Part shown: positions 46,091-56,692 of the stretch, piece by piece
Layout of the letters: every line of letters begins with the position of its first letter
How positions within the stretch are numbered: position 1 is the stretch's first letter
Origin: an uncultured delta proteobacterium
Lineage (GTDB): Bacteria; Myxococcota; B64-G9
NCBI GenBank assembly: GCA_963754925.1
Contig: CAVWHX010000009.1
Coordinates: 96,001 to 160,000 of the forward strand
Direction of reading: 5' to 3'
DNA length: 64,000 bases
The notes under the pieces: generated by a model
What the model saw: the letters and a program-made list of their open reading frames with translations, nothing else
What the model was told of the DNA's origin: nothing
Database searches by the model: none
Position numbers and translations under genes: made by a program

Positions 46091-47398
46091 CTATCTTCCC
46101 TGCTTGCGCAGCGTTGCTACGGAAAACATTTCGGGATCCAAACCAATGTTGACGCGAGCCTTATAGACGTGGAAAACGGTCGCGTGTTCGGATTGAACAT
46201 CGATCACAACCGTGCCGGTCCAACCGAGAAATTGTTTGCCAGTTTTCTCATTGATCTGAAATCCTCCGCTGTTGATCATAACCTTCCAGAGGAAGCCTTT
46301 CCGGTCATAGGATTCTTTGTACAGGACATGGAACGACTCTGCATCGACGTAGAGGTACTGTTTACTGTACGGGTAGTCCGGCAACTTTGGGGTGACTTCC
46401 AGCACGTATACGGGCCGCGGCTCGTACGCGTATTGCGGATTCCAATGGGGTGGGTTTTCGAAATCATAGGTGGTTTGGGCCGTGTTCTTTCCGAGTTTAA
46501 CCCCCGAATGCATGGGCAACAGGACGGTTTTTTTACCCAACAGTTTCCAGTCCATCCACTCGGGATAGCCGGAATATCCCCTGACGTCTTCGTAATACAA
46601 ATCGGTCGAATTCCAGGTGTCGCCCCGGGTGCCAAAGGAGTTTCTTAAAATCCGCCGCATGGAAGGCACATAGATATGGCCTTGGCCGTCTTTCGGCTCG
46701 ACATCCTGAAAGTAAACGGCGCCGAAGCCCTTTTTATCGTAGGGGGCGAGCGCATAGGTGAGACCGGCTCCCTGCCTCCCGATTTTTTTGAAGGATTCAA
46801 TATCGGGAATGGGTTCGATATCCGTACGACCCGTGCCGCGAATCGACGACAGCCGCCAGTCCTCGGAATGTTCAACGCCGTTGTTGGCAGATACCCAATA
46901 AACACCGTAGACGACCTCGCCGTCGTCGGCTCCATACGCGTAGTGAAAATTCCAGGCCACCTCCAAACCGGTCTTCGGCTGCGGAAAGGGAAGGCCTCCA
47001 GTGTACCCTGATATTCCCCGCTTATCGTAGACCTTGCCAAGCTCGACGATCGTTGCCTGGCCGAGATATTTGTTCGTGGCCCGGATATAGCCGTCAGAGG
47101 GACGAACCGTTTCGTATGCGGTCAGGCGCAGTTTCAGATTGTATTTCGTGATAAGCAGTTGCAGAGCGTCCGGGAGAATCGCCTTGAAGTCTTGGAGATT
47201 ACTTTTGTCGACCGTTGGGCCCGGCTTAATCTGGACCAACGAGAGATCAGGTTTAAAGGACACCCGCTCGGTCCAGTTTTCAGAGGTTATCTCTGTTTCG
47301 CCGGCGCTTGTCAGACCCGGGATAAGGATTAACCACGCAATAGCAGCGGCGGCCCAGAAGATAGAAAACGGATCTCGCCTCCGGCTTGTCGTTTTCAT
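46091..47398 (-). CDS. DUF1329 family exported protein
   Basis: Signal peptide; GLPFPQPKTGLEVAWN; YVPSMRR; DYPYSKQYLYVD; YDRKGFLWK. Confidence 0.8.
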   Translation of the reverse strand: MKTTSRRRDPFSIFWAAAAIAWLILIPGLTSAGETEITSENWTERVSFKPDLSLVQIKPGPTVDKSNLQDFKAILPDALQLLITKYNLKLRLTAYETVRPSDGYIRATNKYLGQATIVELGKVYDKRGISGYTGGLPFPQPKTGLEVAWNFHYAYGADDGEVVYGVYWVSANNGVEHSEDWRLSSIRGTGRTDIEPIPDIESFKKIGRQGAGLTYALAPYDKKGFGAVYFQDVEPKDGQGHIYVPSMRRILRNSFGTRGDTWNSTDLYYEDVRGYSGYPEWMDWKLLGKKTVLLPMHSGVKLGKNTAQTTYDFENPPHWNPQYAYEPRPVYVLEVTPKLPDYPYSKQYLYVDAESFHVLYKESYDRKGFLWKVMINSGGFQINEKTGKQFLGWTGTVVIDVQSEHATVFHVYKARVNIGLDPEMFSVATLRKQGR

Positions 47399-47457
47399 AG
47401 CACCGTACGATAGTGCATCGATTTCCCAAAGAAAATCAAAATTTGCTTCTGAGTGAG

Positions 47458-48882
47458 TTAGCAGTACACGTCCCGCTTGCCCTCCCGAACTTCGCCCATC
47501 AACTTCTCAGAAATCGATTTGGCGCGCGGGTCCAGGTGCTCAAGCTTGTCGCGGATGAGCTTCTCCCCGACATCCCGGGTCGCCTTTGAAGCGTAGTCGA
47601 GGAGGTATTCCAAAAAGGTGGACAAAGCATTCGGATCGCAGTGCAGCTTGATCTCCCCGGGTTTGGCCAGGTCCATAAAATCTTGACCGGTGCGTCCGAG
47701 CCGATAACAGGCGGTGCAGAACGATGGGATATACCCCAGCGAGGCGACATCGCGGATGACCTCGTCCAGGGGTCGATGATCGCCCAATGAAAATTGCCCG
47801 CCCGAACCGACTTCCTCGCCCTCAACATAACCGCCCGGGTTGGTGCGCGAGCCGGCCGAGATCTGCGAGACGCCCAAGGCAAACGTCTCCCGTCGAATGG
47901 TTGCGTTCTCGCGGGTGGACATGATGATCCCGGTATACGGCACCGCCAAGCGCAACAACGCGACGATTTTACGGAAGTCTATATCAGAGACCGGATAGGG
48001 CGGTTGCGTGGCTATTGCCGAGCCGCTGGCGGGCTCGAGCCGCGGCACGCTGATGGTGTGCGGGCCCACGCCAAAACGCTCTTCCAGGTGACGGATGTGC
48101 TGAAGCATGGCCAGGATCTCGAAACGCCAGTCAAAGAGGCCAAACAGCACCCCGATGCCGACATCGTCGATGCCGGCCTGCATCGCGCGGTCCATGGCGG
48201 TTATGCGCCAGTCGTAATTCTTCTTTTTCCCGGCCAGGTGCATCTGCGCATACGTCTCGCGGTGATAGGTTTCCTGAAAGAGCTGGTAGGTTCCGATGCC
48301 GGCCTGCTTCAGCTGTTGGAACTCCTGGAGCGTCAACGGGGCAACGTTGGCGTTGACCCGGCGGATTTCGCCCCGACCGTTCTTGGTCGCATAAATGGTG
48401 GCGATCGACTTGAGGATGTACGGAAACCCCTCGCGAGGGTACGACTCGCCGGCGACTAAAAGAATGCGCTTGTGCCCTTGGTCGACGAGGCATGTTACTT
48501 CCCTGCCGATCTCCTCCTGATTCAATGCTCTCCGGACGATAGCCGCGTTTCGAGCGCGGAAAGCACAATAGAGGCATTCGTTGGCGCACATGTTCGAGAT
48601 GTACAGCGGTGCGAAAAGCACCAAACGTTTGCCGTAGATCTCCTCCTTGACTGCTCGAGCGGTGGCAAAGAGCTCCCCCAAAAGCTCGGGGTCGCTGATA
48701 CCCATGAGCGGCGCCAGCTCCCCGGGAGCCAGGCCCTTGGCTTGACGCGCCTTGGCCAGGATTTCGCGCACCCGAGCCGCGTCGGGGCGCCTGGCTTGTG
48801 TGAGTGTTGCCTGGATAGCCCCCTCGTCGATTGGTATCGTCGAAGGCGCGGCGTTGATTGCTTTGGTCGCGGGAATGTTCAT
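47458..48882 (-). CDS. hydG: [FeFe]-hydrogenase H-cluster radical SAM maturase HydG
   Basis: FAPLYISNMCANECLYC, FQETYH, PHTISVPR, PSFCTACYR...C. Confidence 0.95.
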   Translation of the reverse strand: MNIPATKAINAAPSTIPIDEGAIQATLTQARRPDAARVREILAKARQAKGLAPGELAPLMGISDPELLGELFATARAVKEEIYGKRLVLFAPLYISNMCANECLYCAFRARNAAIVRRALNQEEIGREVTCLVDQGHKRILLVAGESYPREGFPYILKSIATIYATKNGRGEIRRVNANVAPLTLQEFQQLKQAGIGTYQLFQETYHRETYAQMHLAGKKKNYDWRITAMDRAMQAGIDDVGIGVLFGLFDWRFEILAMLQHIRHLEERFGVGPHTISVPRLEPASGSAIATQPPYPVSDIDFRKIVALLRLAVPYTGIIMSTRENATIRRETFALGVSQISAGSRTNPGGYVEGEEVGSGGQFSLGDHRPLDEVIRDVASLGYIPSFCTACYRLGRTGQDFMDLAKPGEIKLHCDPNALSTFLEYLLDYASKATRDVGEKLIRDKLEHLDPRAKSISEKLMGEVREGKRDVYC

Positions 48883-50159
48883 GCTTCAACTCCTGGTTGG
48901 TTTTGGTGTTTTGCAGAATCGAGCCGCCCCGAGAGCTCCCTCACGATTTCAAGCGCGGCGGGAAACGGCTGGAGCGCGCGCTCGAAGATGCCGAGACTAT
49001 ATGCAATGGTTAAACCGTAGTTGGAAATGGGCACGCCGGCCTTGCGGCAGGCGAGGATACGGGAGAGCATCTCGCGGCGGTTCCCCATGCAGGCCCCGCA
49101 GTGGATCACTAGCGCAAAAGGGCTGAGGTCGGCCGGAAAGTCATGGCCCTGGACCGTCGTGAACTCGATCTTGCCGCCCACCAACTGGGTCAGCCAGCGC
49201 GGGATCTTCACCCGACCGATGTCCTCGCCGATCGGATGATGCGAACAGGCCTCGGCGACGAGCACGCGATCCCCCGGCTTGAGCTGCGGGATGGCCAGCG
49301 TCCCGCGCACCAGTTCGTTGAGATCGCCCTTGAAACGGGCAAACAAAATCGAAAACGAAGTCATTGGGATGGTTGCCGGCGTGTCTCCCGCCACTTTGAG
49401 AAACGCTTGCGAATCGGTAACCACGAGCGCCGGCGGATGGTTCAACCGGCCCAGCGCCTGACGCAGTTCGCGTTCTTTGACCACCAAGCAGCACGCGTCG
49501 TGATCCAGCAGGTCGCGGATGGACTGAACCTGGGGGAGAATCAGTCGCCCTTTGGGGGCCTCCTTGTCGATGGGAACGACCAGGACCGCCAACTCTCCGG
49601 GCGAAACGAGATCCGAGAGGATGGTCGGCGCATTGATGAACTCTTCGGGCGCGCTGCGAATAAGCGCTTCGCGCAGCTGCAGTATCCCCTCGCCGGTGGA
49701 TGCGGTCGTCTCCACCACCCGCACCTGCCGCGCCGCAAGCCGAGAGACGAGGGCGCTGCCGGGTTGCGCCTGATCGATCTTATTAAAAACAACGATCACC
49801 GGCATGCCGCGGGCTTCGAGTTCCCGGAGCAGCTGTTCTTCAAAGTCTCCAAAACTCCCCTCGCTCGCCACCAGCAGAGCCACGTCGGTTCGTTCGATAA
49901 CGTTTCTCGTTCGTTCAACCCGCAGTTCGCCGAGCGCCCCGGTGTCATCGATCCCGGCAGTGTCGATGAACAGCACCGGGCCGAGCGGCAGCAACTCCAT
50001 GGGTTTTTCCACCGGGTCGGTGGTGGTTCCCGCCACGTCCGAGACGATCGAGACCTGCTGGCGGGTCAACGCGTTCAGCAGCGACGACTTGCCGACGTTG
50101 CGACGGCCGAAAATGCCTATGTGCAGGCGCAGGCCCTTGGGTGCCCCTGCCGGGTTCAT
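48879..50159 (-). CDS. hydF: [FeFe]-hydrogenase maturation GTPase HydF
   Basis: GRRNVGKSS, DTAG, NKID, PKGRLILPQVQ, CSHH, HCGAC; start MNPAG overlaps the aspA stop (ATGA). Confidence 0.95.
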   Translation of the reverse strand: MNPAGAPKGLRLHIGIFGRRNVGKSSLLNALTRQQVSIVSDVAGTTTDPVEKPMELLPLGPVLFIDTAGIDDTGALGELRVERTRNVIERTDVALLVASEGSFGDFEEQLLRELEARGMPVIVVFNKIDQAQPGSALVSRLAARQVRVVETTASTGEGILQLREALIRSAPEEFINAPTILSDLVSPGELAVLVVPIDKEAPKGRLILPQVQSIRDLLDHDACCLVVKERELRQALGRLNHPPALVVTDSQAFLKVAGDTPATIPMTSFSILFARFKGDLNELVRGTLAIPQLKPGDRVLVAEACSHHPIGEDIGRVKIPRWLTQLVGGKIEFTTVQGHDFPADLSPFALVIHCGACMGNRREMLSRILACRKAGVPISNYGLTIAYSLGIFERALQPFPAALEIVRELSGRLDSAKHQNQPGVEA

Positions 50160-51568
50160 GAATCCTCCGGGTGCAACGGCGTTCCCAGCTGGTTGACATG
50201 CTCGGGAGAAATACAATGGTCAAACTGCTCCGGACTCAAAAGCCCTCGATCCAGTACCAATTGTCGTAGACTCACCCCTGCCCGCAGCGCTTCGGCCGCG
50301 AGCGCTTCCACCTGTTCGTGACTCAGCATTTCCGCAAGCGCGGTAAGGCTGGCGGTGGCGTTGTGCACCTGACGGCGACAGTGCGCTTCGTCGGCTGCAA
50401 TCCCGTCAACGCAGTGGTCTCGGAGAATCGCGCAGGCCTGGCTGAGCAAGGCGAGCGAACCCAGTAATGCTTCGGCGATTAACGGTAGAAACGGATTGAG
50501 CTCGAGCGAACCGAGGCTGGCCGCCTGAGCGATGGCCTGATCGTTGGCGCATACCATCACGGCGGCCTGGGTGACCGCCTCGGGAATAACCGGATTGACT
50601 TTTCCCGGCATAATCGATGAGCCGGCCTGGCGCGGCGGCAAGCGCAGCTCGCCGAAGCCCGCGTCCGGACCGGAGGAAAGCAGGCGCAGGTCCCCACAAA
50701 TCTTGAGTAAGTTGGTGGCGCAAGCCTTGAGGATCCCGCTTACCTCCACGAATACATCGGCGTTCTGCGTCGCCTCAACCAAGTTCTCGGCCCGCGCCAA
50801 ACCGAAGCCGGATAGGTCTCGTAGCACATCAACCACCCGAAAAATAAACGCCCGGGGGGCCAGAATTCCGGTGCCGATCGCCGTGCCGCCCAGGTTGACC
50901 ACCCGCAAGCGCTCCTCGCACTTGGCAATCCGCCAGCGATCGCGGTTGCAGGCTTCGGCATAAGCCCCCATCTCCCGCCCGAGCGTGGTGAGCACGGCGT
51001 CCTGCAGTTCGGTGCGGCCCACTTTGACGACGTGCGCAAATTGCTGCTCCTTGCGTTGAAAGGCTTCCTGCAGGCCGAGCACCGCGGCCTCCAGGGTGCG
51101 AAGCTCGGCCAAAGCGGCGACGCGCAGGGCGGTCGGAAAGGTGTCGTTGGTCGATTGATGCCGATTGACATCGTCGATCGGGTGGATGACGGTATACTCG
51201 CCGAGAGGTCGATCGAGCAGCTGCAGGGCCCGATTGGCCAACACCTCGTTGACGTTCATGTTGAGCGATGTGCCGGCTCCGCCCTGCAACGCATCCACCA
51301 CCACGTGCGGGTCAAGCAGACCGGCGGCCATCTCGCCGCACGCGGCGTCGAGGGCGGTGGCCAACCGTTCATCCAAGAAGCCGAGCTCGGCGTTGACTCG
51401 CAAGCAGGCTCGTTTGACCAACCCATAGGCGTGGATCAAAGCCGGCCGCACCGGCCGACCGGAAAGCGGGAAATTCTCGAGGGCGCGCAGGGTGTGGATC
51501 CCCCACAGCGCCTCGACCGGCACCTCGCGCACCCCCAGCAGATCGCGTTCGTGTCGGAACCCGTTCAT
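50156..51568 (-). CDS. aspA: Aspartate ammonia-lyase
   Basis: QGGAGTSLNMNVNE, QSTND, GRTELQDA, GSSIMPGKVNPVIPE. Confidence 0.9.
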   Translation of the reverse strand: MNGFRHERDLLGVREVPVEALWGIHTLRALENFPLSGRPVRPALIHAYGLVKRACLRVNAELGFLDERLATALDAACGEMAAGLLDPHVVVDALQGGAGTSLNMNVNEVLANRALQLLDRPLGEYTVIHPIDDVNRHQSTNDTFPTALRVAALAELRTLEAAVLGLQEAFQRKEQQFAHVVKVGRTELQDAVLTTLGREMGAYAEACNRDRWRIAKCEERLRVVNLGGTAIGTGILAPRAFIFRVVDVLRDLSGFGLARAENLVEATQNADVFVEVSGILKACATNLLKICGDLRLLSSGPDAGFGELRLPPRQAGSSIMPGKVNPVIPEAVTQAAVMVCANDQAIAQAASLGSLELNPFLPLIAEALLGSLALLSQACAILRDHCVDGIAADEAHCRRQVHNATASLTALAEMLSHEQVEALAAEALRAGVSLRQLVLDRGLLSPEQFDHCISPEHVNQLGTPLHPEDS

Positions 51569-52620
51569 GCGCGCCTCGTATACCGTTTAGAAGTTCCCGG
51601 ACCGTCGCCTATCCGTCTGCCGATCGAAGCGATCCGCCGTCGCAGGCTTTCGTGGCTTTGCTCCGCGGTTTCGTAGATGCACGCCTTGGCGGGGTATATC
51701 TCGTAACGCACCCGGTATCGCAATGGGGTGACGTTGGGCATGACGACATTGGCGCCCCGCATGAGCGCAAGCTCGCGCCCGGTGGTACGGTTGAGCGTGG
51801 CCAGCGCGGTGGTGCTCGGTATATTAGCCTCCGGACAGATAACGCGCGTCAGCGCCACCACCTTGTACGTCATCAGCTCGGAATTAGGCGCTTGATCGGC
51901 GCACGTCGATAGGCGAGCGTCCGGGTCAGTGGCGAGCGGCGTTTGGGGGTGCGGAATAAAGGGACCGACGCCGATCATATCGAGATCGAGCCGTCGAAAA
52001 AGCTCCAGGTCATTTGCCAGATCGAGGTGACTCTGGCCCGGAATGCCGATCATCACCCCGCTGCCCACCTCGTACCCTATCTCGTGCAGGGTGCGCAGCA
52101 GTTCGATGCGGTCTGCCTCGGGATGCTCCGCTCGGGGCGGGTGGATCCGTCGGTACAGTGCCGGGTTGGACGTCTCAAAACGCAGCAGGTATCGGTCGGC
52201 GCCCGCGTCCCGCCACGCGCGGAAATCTTCATCGCTCCGCTCACCAAGGCTCAGCGTAACCGCAAGAGGCGTCGTTTGCTTGATGCGGCGGATGATATCC
52301 ACTATCACGTCTTTCGAGAGGCCCGGATCCTCGCCGGATTGCAGCACGACCGTTCCGTAGCCGTATCGCACCGCCTCCCGCGCGCACGAAAGAATCTCGT
52401 CCGCGGTCATCCGATAACGGGTGAGCGCGCGATTGCCCGCGCGCAGGCCGCAGTATGCGCATTGGCGGACGCAGTGGTTAGATATCTCGATCAGACCGCG
52501 CAGGTGCACGTCGTCGCCAACCGCAGCACGACGTACGGCGTCGGCGGTGCTCCATAACTTTGAAAGCTGCCGCTGATTTTCTTCGCGCAACCAGGTTACA
52601 ATTTCGTCGTACGCAAGCAT
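51565..52620 (-). CDS. hydE: [FeFe]-hydrogenase radical SAM maturase HydE
   Basis: RGLIEISNHCVRQCAYC, LQSGED, YLLRFET, PSTTAL, GANVVMPN, YEIYP. Confidence 0.93.
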   Translation of the reverse strand: MLAYDEIVTWLREENQRQLSKLWSTADAVRRAAVGDDVHLRGLIEISNHCVRQCAYCGLRAGNRALTRYRMTADEILSCAREAVRYGYGTVVLQSGEDPGLSKDVIVDIIRRIKQTTPLAVTLSLGERSDEDFRAWRDAGADRYLLRFETSNPALYRRIHPPRAEHPEADRIELLRTLHEIGYEVGSGVMIGIPGQSHLDLANDLELFRRLDLDMIGVGPFIPHPQTPLATDPDARLSTCADQAPNSELMTYKVVALTRVICPEANIPSTTALATLNRTTGRELALMRGANVVMPNVTPLRYRVRYEIYPAKACIYETAEQSHESLRRRIASIGRRIGDGPGTSKRYTRRA

Positions 52621-52654
52621 GGTGGATATCGCTAACGCGCTGTCTGAGCGTCTA

Positions 52655-54127
52655 CTACTCCGTCATCGGCAGGCAGACCACAAACTCGCTGCCCTTGCCC
52701 GAGGCGGTTTGCACCGACACCGTGCCTTGGTGCAGGCCGACCAAACGCTTGACCAGGCTGAGTCCGAGTCCGGTTCCCGGAACCTGTGCGGTGTATTTAT
52801 TCTTTGCCCGGAAGAACTCTTCGAACAGTTTTTCCTTGTCCTGCGGCGAGAGGCCGATGCCATCATCTTTGACCGCCACCTTGACGTACAACCCATCGCC
52901 TGCCAGACTGACCTGCACGTGGCCGTTCTCGGGGGTATACTTGACGGCGTTGTCGAGGAGGTTGTTGAAGACGCTCCGCATTGCCTCTCGGTCAGCCAAC
53001 ACCGGTGGAATGTTCGTATCGGCCTGATAACTCATCTCGATGTGTTTGGCGGTCGCACGCTCGCGATAACATTCAACAGTTTCATCGAGAACCTCGTGCA
53101 GATCCAAGCGAGAGCGCTTGATGGCAAAGTTGCCGGTCTGCAACGACATAAGATTGATCAGCTCGGTAACCATCGTGCGCAGCGTTTTAGCGCGGACGAC
53201 GCAACGGTTGAGCATCTGGCGATCCCGCTGCGGGTCGTTTCCGGCCGCGCCGCTGAGAATCACATCCAAGTACCCTTCGATCGCCGCCAGCGGACTCTTG
53301 ATTTCATGAGCCACCATGGTGACGAACATCGACTTGGCCACCGAGAGTTTCTTTAAAGCCGTGATATCTCTCAGCACGGCAACCGCGCCGGAAACTTCGC
53401 CGGTGGGCTCGAGCACCGGGCTGGCGTTTACCATGTAGGTACAGCCGTTCAAACCAATCTCGCGGATGGCTATGGATGGGCCGCTCTCTGAGCACAAGGT
53501 CTCGTCGACCAGACCGCATAACTCATCGCAGCACAAATTAATCAAGGGCGCCGGCAACGGCACACTGGCGGCCTCCGGCAACGCCCGCGAGGCCGCGGCG
53601 TTGCGCAGCACTATCTGCCGATCACGGTTGACCACCAGCACCGCATCGGTCATACAGTTGATGATAGTGCTCGATTTCGAGCGCTCCACCGCAAGCTCAA
53701 GCAGACGTCGCTCACGCTCGAGCCGCAACCGTTTCGCCTCCAACGACAATGAACGCTTCTCCAGACCGTTTTTGACCGGCAACAGCAGCTCGTCCGGCGT
53801 GAACGGTTTGGGGATGTAGCTGTAGGCTCCGCGCTTGGTGGCTTCGACCGCGGTGCCGATGGTGGCGTACGCGGTGATGACGAATAACACGATATCCTCA
53901 TCCAGCTTGCGAATGGCCTCGATGAGCTCGATCCCGCCCATGCGCGGCATCTTCATGTCGACAATGGCGGCGACAAAGTTGCGTTGTTTCTGGAAGGTCT
54001 CGAACCCCGCCAGGCCGTCCGGCGCGACCTCCACCTCGAATCCTTCGGAGGTGAGGATTTTGCGACAGCCTTCCCGCATTCCCAATTCGTCATCCACAAC
54101 CAGTATTCTATTAAGCTCGGTGCTCAT
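52655..54127 (-). CDS. Receiver-PAS-histidine kinase hybrid
   Basis: N-terminal receiver (VVDDE, DMKMP, KPF), PAS, AHEIKSPL, GTGLGL. Confidence 0.9.
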   Translation of the reverse strand: MSTELNRILVVDDELGMREGCRKILTSEGFEVEVAPDGLAGFETFQKQRNFVAAIVDMKMPRMGGIELIEAIRKLDEDIVLFVITAYATIGTAVEATKRGAYSYIPKPFTPDELLLPVKNGLEKRSLSLEAKRLRLERERRLLELAVERSKSSTIINCMTDAVLVVNRDRQIVLRNAAASRALPEAASVPLPAPLINLCCDELCGLVDETLCSESGPSIAIREIGLNGCTYMVNASPVLEPTGEVSGAVAVLRDITALKKLSVAKSMFVTMVAHEIKSPLAAIEGYLDVILSGAAGNDPQRDRQMLNRCVVRAKTLRTMVTELINLMSLQTGNFAIKRSRLDLHEVLDETVECYRERATAKHIEMSYQADTNIPPVLADREAMRSVFNNLLDNAVKYTPENGHVQVSLAGDGLYVKVAVKDDGIGLSPQDKEKLFEEFFRAKNKYTAQVPGTGLGLSLVKRLVGLHQGTVSVQTASGKGSEFVVCLPMTE

Positions 54128-54552
54128 GTATCTTTTCTCCCGGCCGAACGCTGCAATAACTCGGCGACCTTCGCCAGCAGGGCTGGGCTCGAAAGCGGCT
54201 TTTCGAAATACGCATCAGCGCCGAGAGCGGCCAGTTCCTGTTCAGAATGCGGGTTGAACGACATGCCGCGTTCGCTCGATATGGCGGTCACCAAAATTAC
54301 CGGTATCCCTCGAAAACGCCCATCCGTCTTGAGCTGTCGGGAAAAAGAGAATCCCGCGTCAAGCTCCTGCATCATCAGGTCGGTTATAATCAAGTCGGGG
54401 TGTTCCCGCTCAAGCTCTGCCAGGGCCTCGCCCGGACTCGGGAACGTATGCACGCGATAGCCATGTGATTCGAGGATTCGTTGGTGAATATCGACGAAGT
54501 CGGGGTCGTCATCCACCAAAAATATGAGCGGTGCTGGTCGGTTCACGGTCAT
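54124..54552 (-). CDS. Single-domain response regulator
   Basis: LVDDD, DLMM, T, EKP. Confidence 0.9.
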   Translation of the reverse strand: MTVNRPAPLIFLVDDDPDFVDIHQRILESHGYRVHTFPSPGEALAELEREHPDLIITDLMMQELDAGFSFSRQLKTDGRFRGIPVILVTAISSERGMSFNPHSEQELAALGADAYFEKPLSSPALLAKVAELLQRSAGRKDT

Positions 54553-54588
54553 AACGGTTACCTTTCTGCCACCTCTGCTCCGCCTGCT

Positions 54589-56631
54589 TTATGACGCCTG
54601 GCTCTCCACGGAAAAGGCGCTGCTTACCTCAACCGGCAAGGTAATAGTGAACGTGGTCCCCTTGCCGAGCTCGCTTTCTGCGGAAATGTTGCCCATGTGC
54701 ATCTTGACTACGCCATAGGCGATCGCCAGCCCCAGTCCCGTGCCTTTGGTGGGCGCCTTGGTGGTGAAGAAGGGCGTGAACAACTTCGGCATGTTCTCCG
54801 GTGGAATCCCGCAACCGTCGTCACTCACCTGGATATGCACGGTCTGCGCACTCTGATCATACCGGGTGGTTACCGTGACCGTACCCCGCTCACCGCACGC
54901 ATCGACGCCGTTGGATACCAGATTGATGAGCAGTTGCTTGATTTGGGCGGCATCCAGCATTAAATCGGGCAGATCGTTCGGCGCGTCGATAATGAACCTC
55001 ACGCCGCTGTTGGCGACACGCGAATTCATGATGGCTCGTATATCGTTGAGCAGCGCGATGATGTTGGTTGCGACCCGATTGACCTGCGACTGCCGTGCAA
55101 AATCGAGAAGCCCGCGCACAATGGTTTTGCAGCGGGTGGCTTCGGATACGATCATTTCGAGATCGGCCCGGCGCTGATCACCCTCGGGCAATTGCTTCAA
55201 CATCATGTGGGAATAGATGAGCACGGTTCCGAGGGGGTTATTGATCTCGTGCGCCACTCCCGCCGAAAGCTGGCCCATCGAAGCCAGACGTTCGGATTGC
55301 AGCAGGCGATCCTGAGCCGCGGCCAATTCCAGGTGCGAGTGTTTTATCTGCTCAAAGCTATTTTCCAACTCCTCCACAACATAGGGTAAACACATTTCGG
55401 GCTCGGCGATCCCCTGACAGACGGCGATGGCCTTCTCGCGACAGGTACGGTAACCGCAGGTGCCGCAGTTGAGCTGGTCCACCGGATGCTCTTTACGCAT
55501 GAGGCGCAGCGCCCACTGGATCTCCTTTTCGCTTGGTTGGGGAAGGTTGACATTGTGGTTGGAAAACGTTCGTGAAAGATCCACATCTTCGAACTCACTG
55601 AGGCTCTCGGCCAACTCTCGCTGGGTGGTATACCGGGCTTGCTCGTTGACGAATGTTGCGACGATCTCCTTCTTCGTCAGCGAGCTGAGATTATTAAATA
55701 AGACCGGTCCATTGATGCAACCTTCACAAAAGGCAAGATCATACAGGCGCGCTTGCGCCTTTCCGGCCTCAATCTCTTTGAGCACCTCTAATACCCGATC
55801 CTTGCCCTCGGTCACCACCACATCATTCTCAAGAATGTCCTGACTAAGCCCCGCGGACTTCAACAAACCGCCGGATAGGGGATACGAACGGGCGAGGTGG
55901 GACCGCGGACCATCAAAAAAACTTTCCTCGATGTCGGCGGGAACGATCCCGTGTTCCACGAACATCGTGGCCAATTCACGATAGGTAAGAACCCCATCCA
56001 CTATTTCGGCGACTGCGGGATCCCGAAACTCATTTTTCTTGGCGATGCACGGGCCGATAAAAACGACTCGCACCTGCTTGCCGTGACGCCGTTTGATGGC
56101 CTTGGCCACCGCGATCATGGGAGAAACAATGGGCGCCAATGCCGGAAGCAGCGACGGCATGTGCTTTTCGACATAGGCTACAATGGCGGGACAGGGGGTC
56201 GTGATGACCGCTCTGCCGGTTTTTTTAGCCTCGGCGAATACGTTGGTGTAACAACGGCTAACCAGCTCGGCGCCGAAGGCCACTTCCCATACCTCGGCAA
56301 AGCCGAGCTTGCGAATGGCGGTGATTATCGTGCCGGGCGAGAGGGGGTGAAACGTCGCCACAAATGAAGGCGCCAAACAGGCGAACACTCGCTCTCCGTG
56401 CTGGAGCATTTCGCTGATACGCGAGGCGCAGTCGGCGATTTCCTTGGCATTGACAGCGCATACTTTCACACAGTTGCCACAGGCGATACAGCGCTCCTCT
56501 ATTACCATGGCTTGGCCGATTTCGACCTTGATGGCTTTGGCAGGGCATTCACGAACACAGGTGTAGCAGCGCCGGCATTTTTCCGGAATGGTCGATACAA
56601 CGCCTTTCCCTGGTGCGAGCATGTTTTTCAC
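54589..56631 (-). CDS. Sensory (group C-type) [FeFe]-hydrogenase domain fused to a histidine kinase
   Basis: 2x[4Fe-4S] N-terminus; H-cluster-like motifs [34 protein letters not shown]eS domain; AHEINNPL H-box; GTGLGL. Confidence 0.88.
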   Translation of the reverse strand: MKNMLAPGKGVVSTIPEKCRRCYTCVRECPAKAIKVEIGQAMVIEERCIACGNCVKVCAVNAKEIADCASRISEMLQHGERVFACLAPSFVATFHPLSPGTIITAIRKLGFAEVWEVAFGAELVSRCYTNVFAEAKKTGRAVITTPCPAIVAYVEKHMPSLLPALAPIVSPMIAVAKAIKRRHGKQVRVVFIGPCIAKKNEFRDPAVAEIVDGVLTYRELATMFVEHGIVPADIEESFFDGPRSHLARSYPLSGGLLKSAGLSQDILENDVVVTEGKDRVLEVLKEIEAGKAQARLYDLAFCEGCINGPVLFNNLSSLTKKEIVATFVNEQARYTTQRELAESLSEFEDVDLSRTFSNHNVNLPQPSEKEIQWALRLMRKEHPVDQLNCGTCGYRTCREKAIAVCQGIAEPEMCLPYVVEELENSFEQIKHSHLELAAAQDRLLQSERLASMGQLSAGVAHEINNPLGTVLIYSHMMLKQLPEGDQRRADLEMIVSEATRCKTIVRGLLDFARQSQVNRVATNIIALLNDIRAIMNSRVANSGVRFIIDAPNDLPDLMLDAAQIKQLLINLVSNGVDACGERGTVTVTTRYDQSAQTVHIQVSDDGCGIPPENMPKLFTPFFTTKAPTKGTGLGLAIAYGVVKMHMGNISAESELGKGTTFTITLPVEVSSAFSVESQAS

Positions 56632-56650
56632 CGCCCGTTTCGTAATTTGA

Positions 56651-56685
56651 AAACGCCCCGTGCCCCGGCGCTACCGGGGCACGGG
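56651..56685 (-). terminator. Strong hairpin (possible terminator or RNA-stabilising stem) after hydA
   Basis: CCCGTGCCCCGG-N5-CCGGGGCACGGG followed by GCGTTTT on the minus strand. Confidence 0.6.
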
Positions 56686-56692
56686 TAACACC

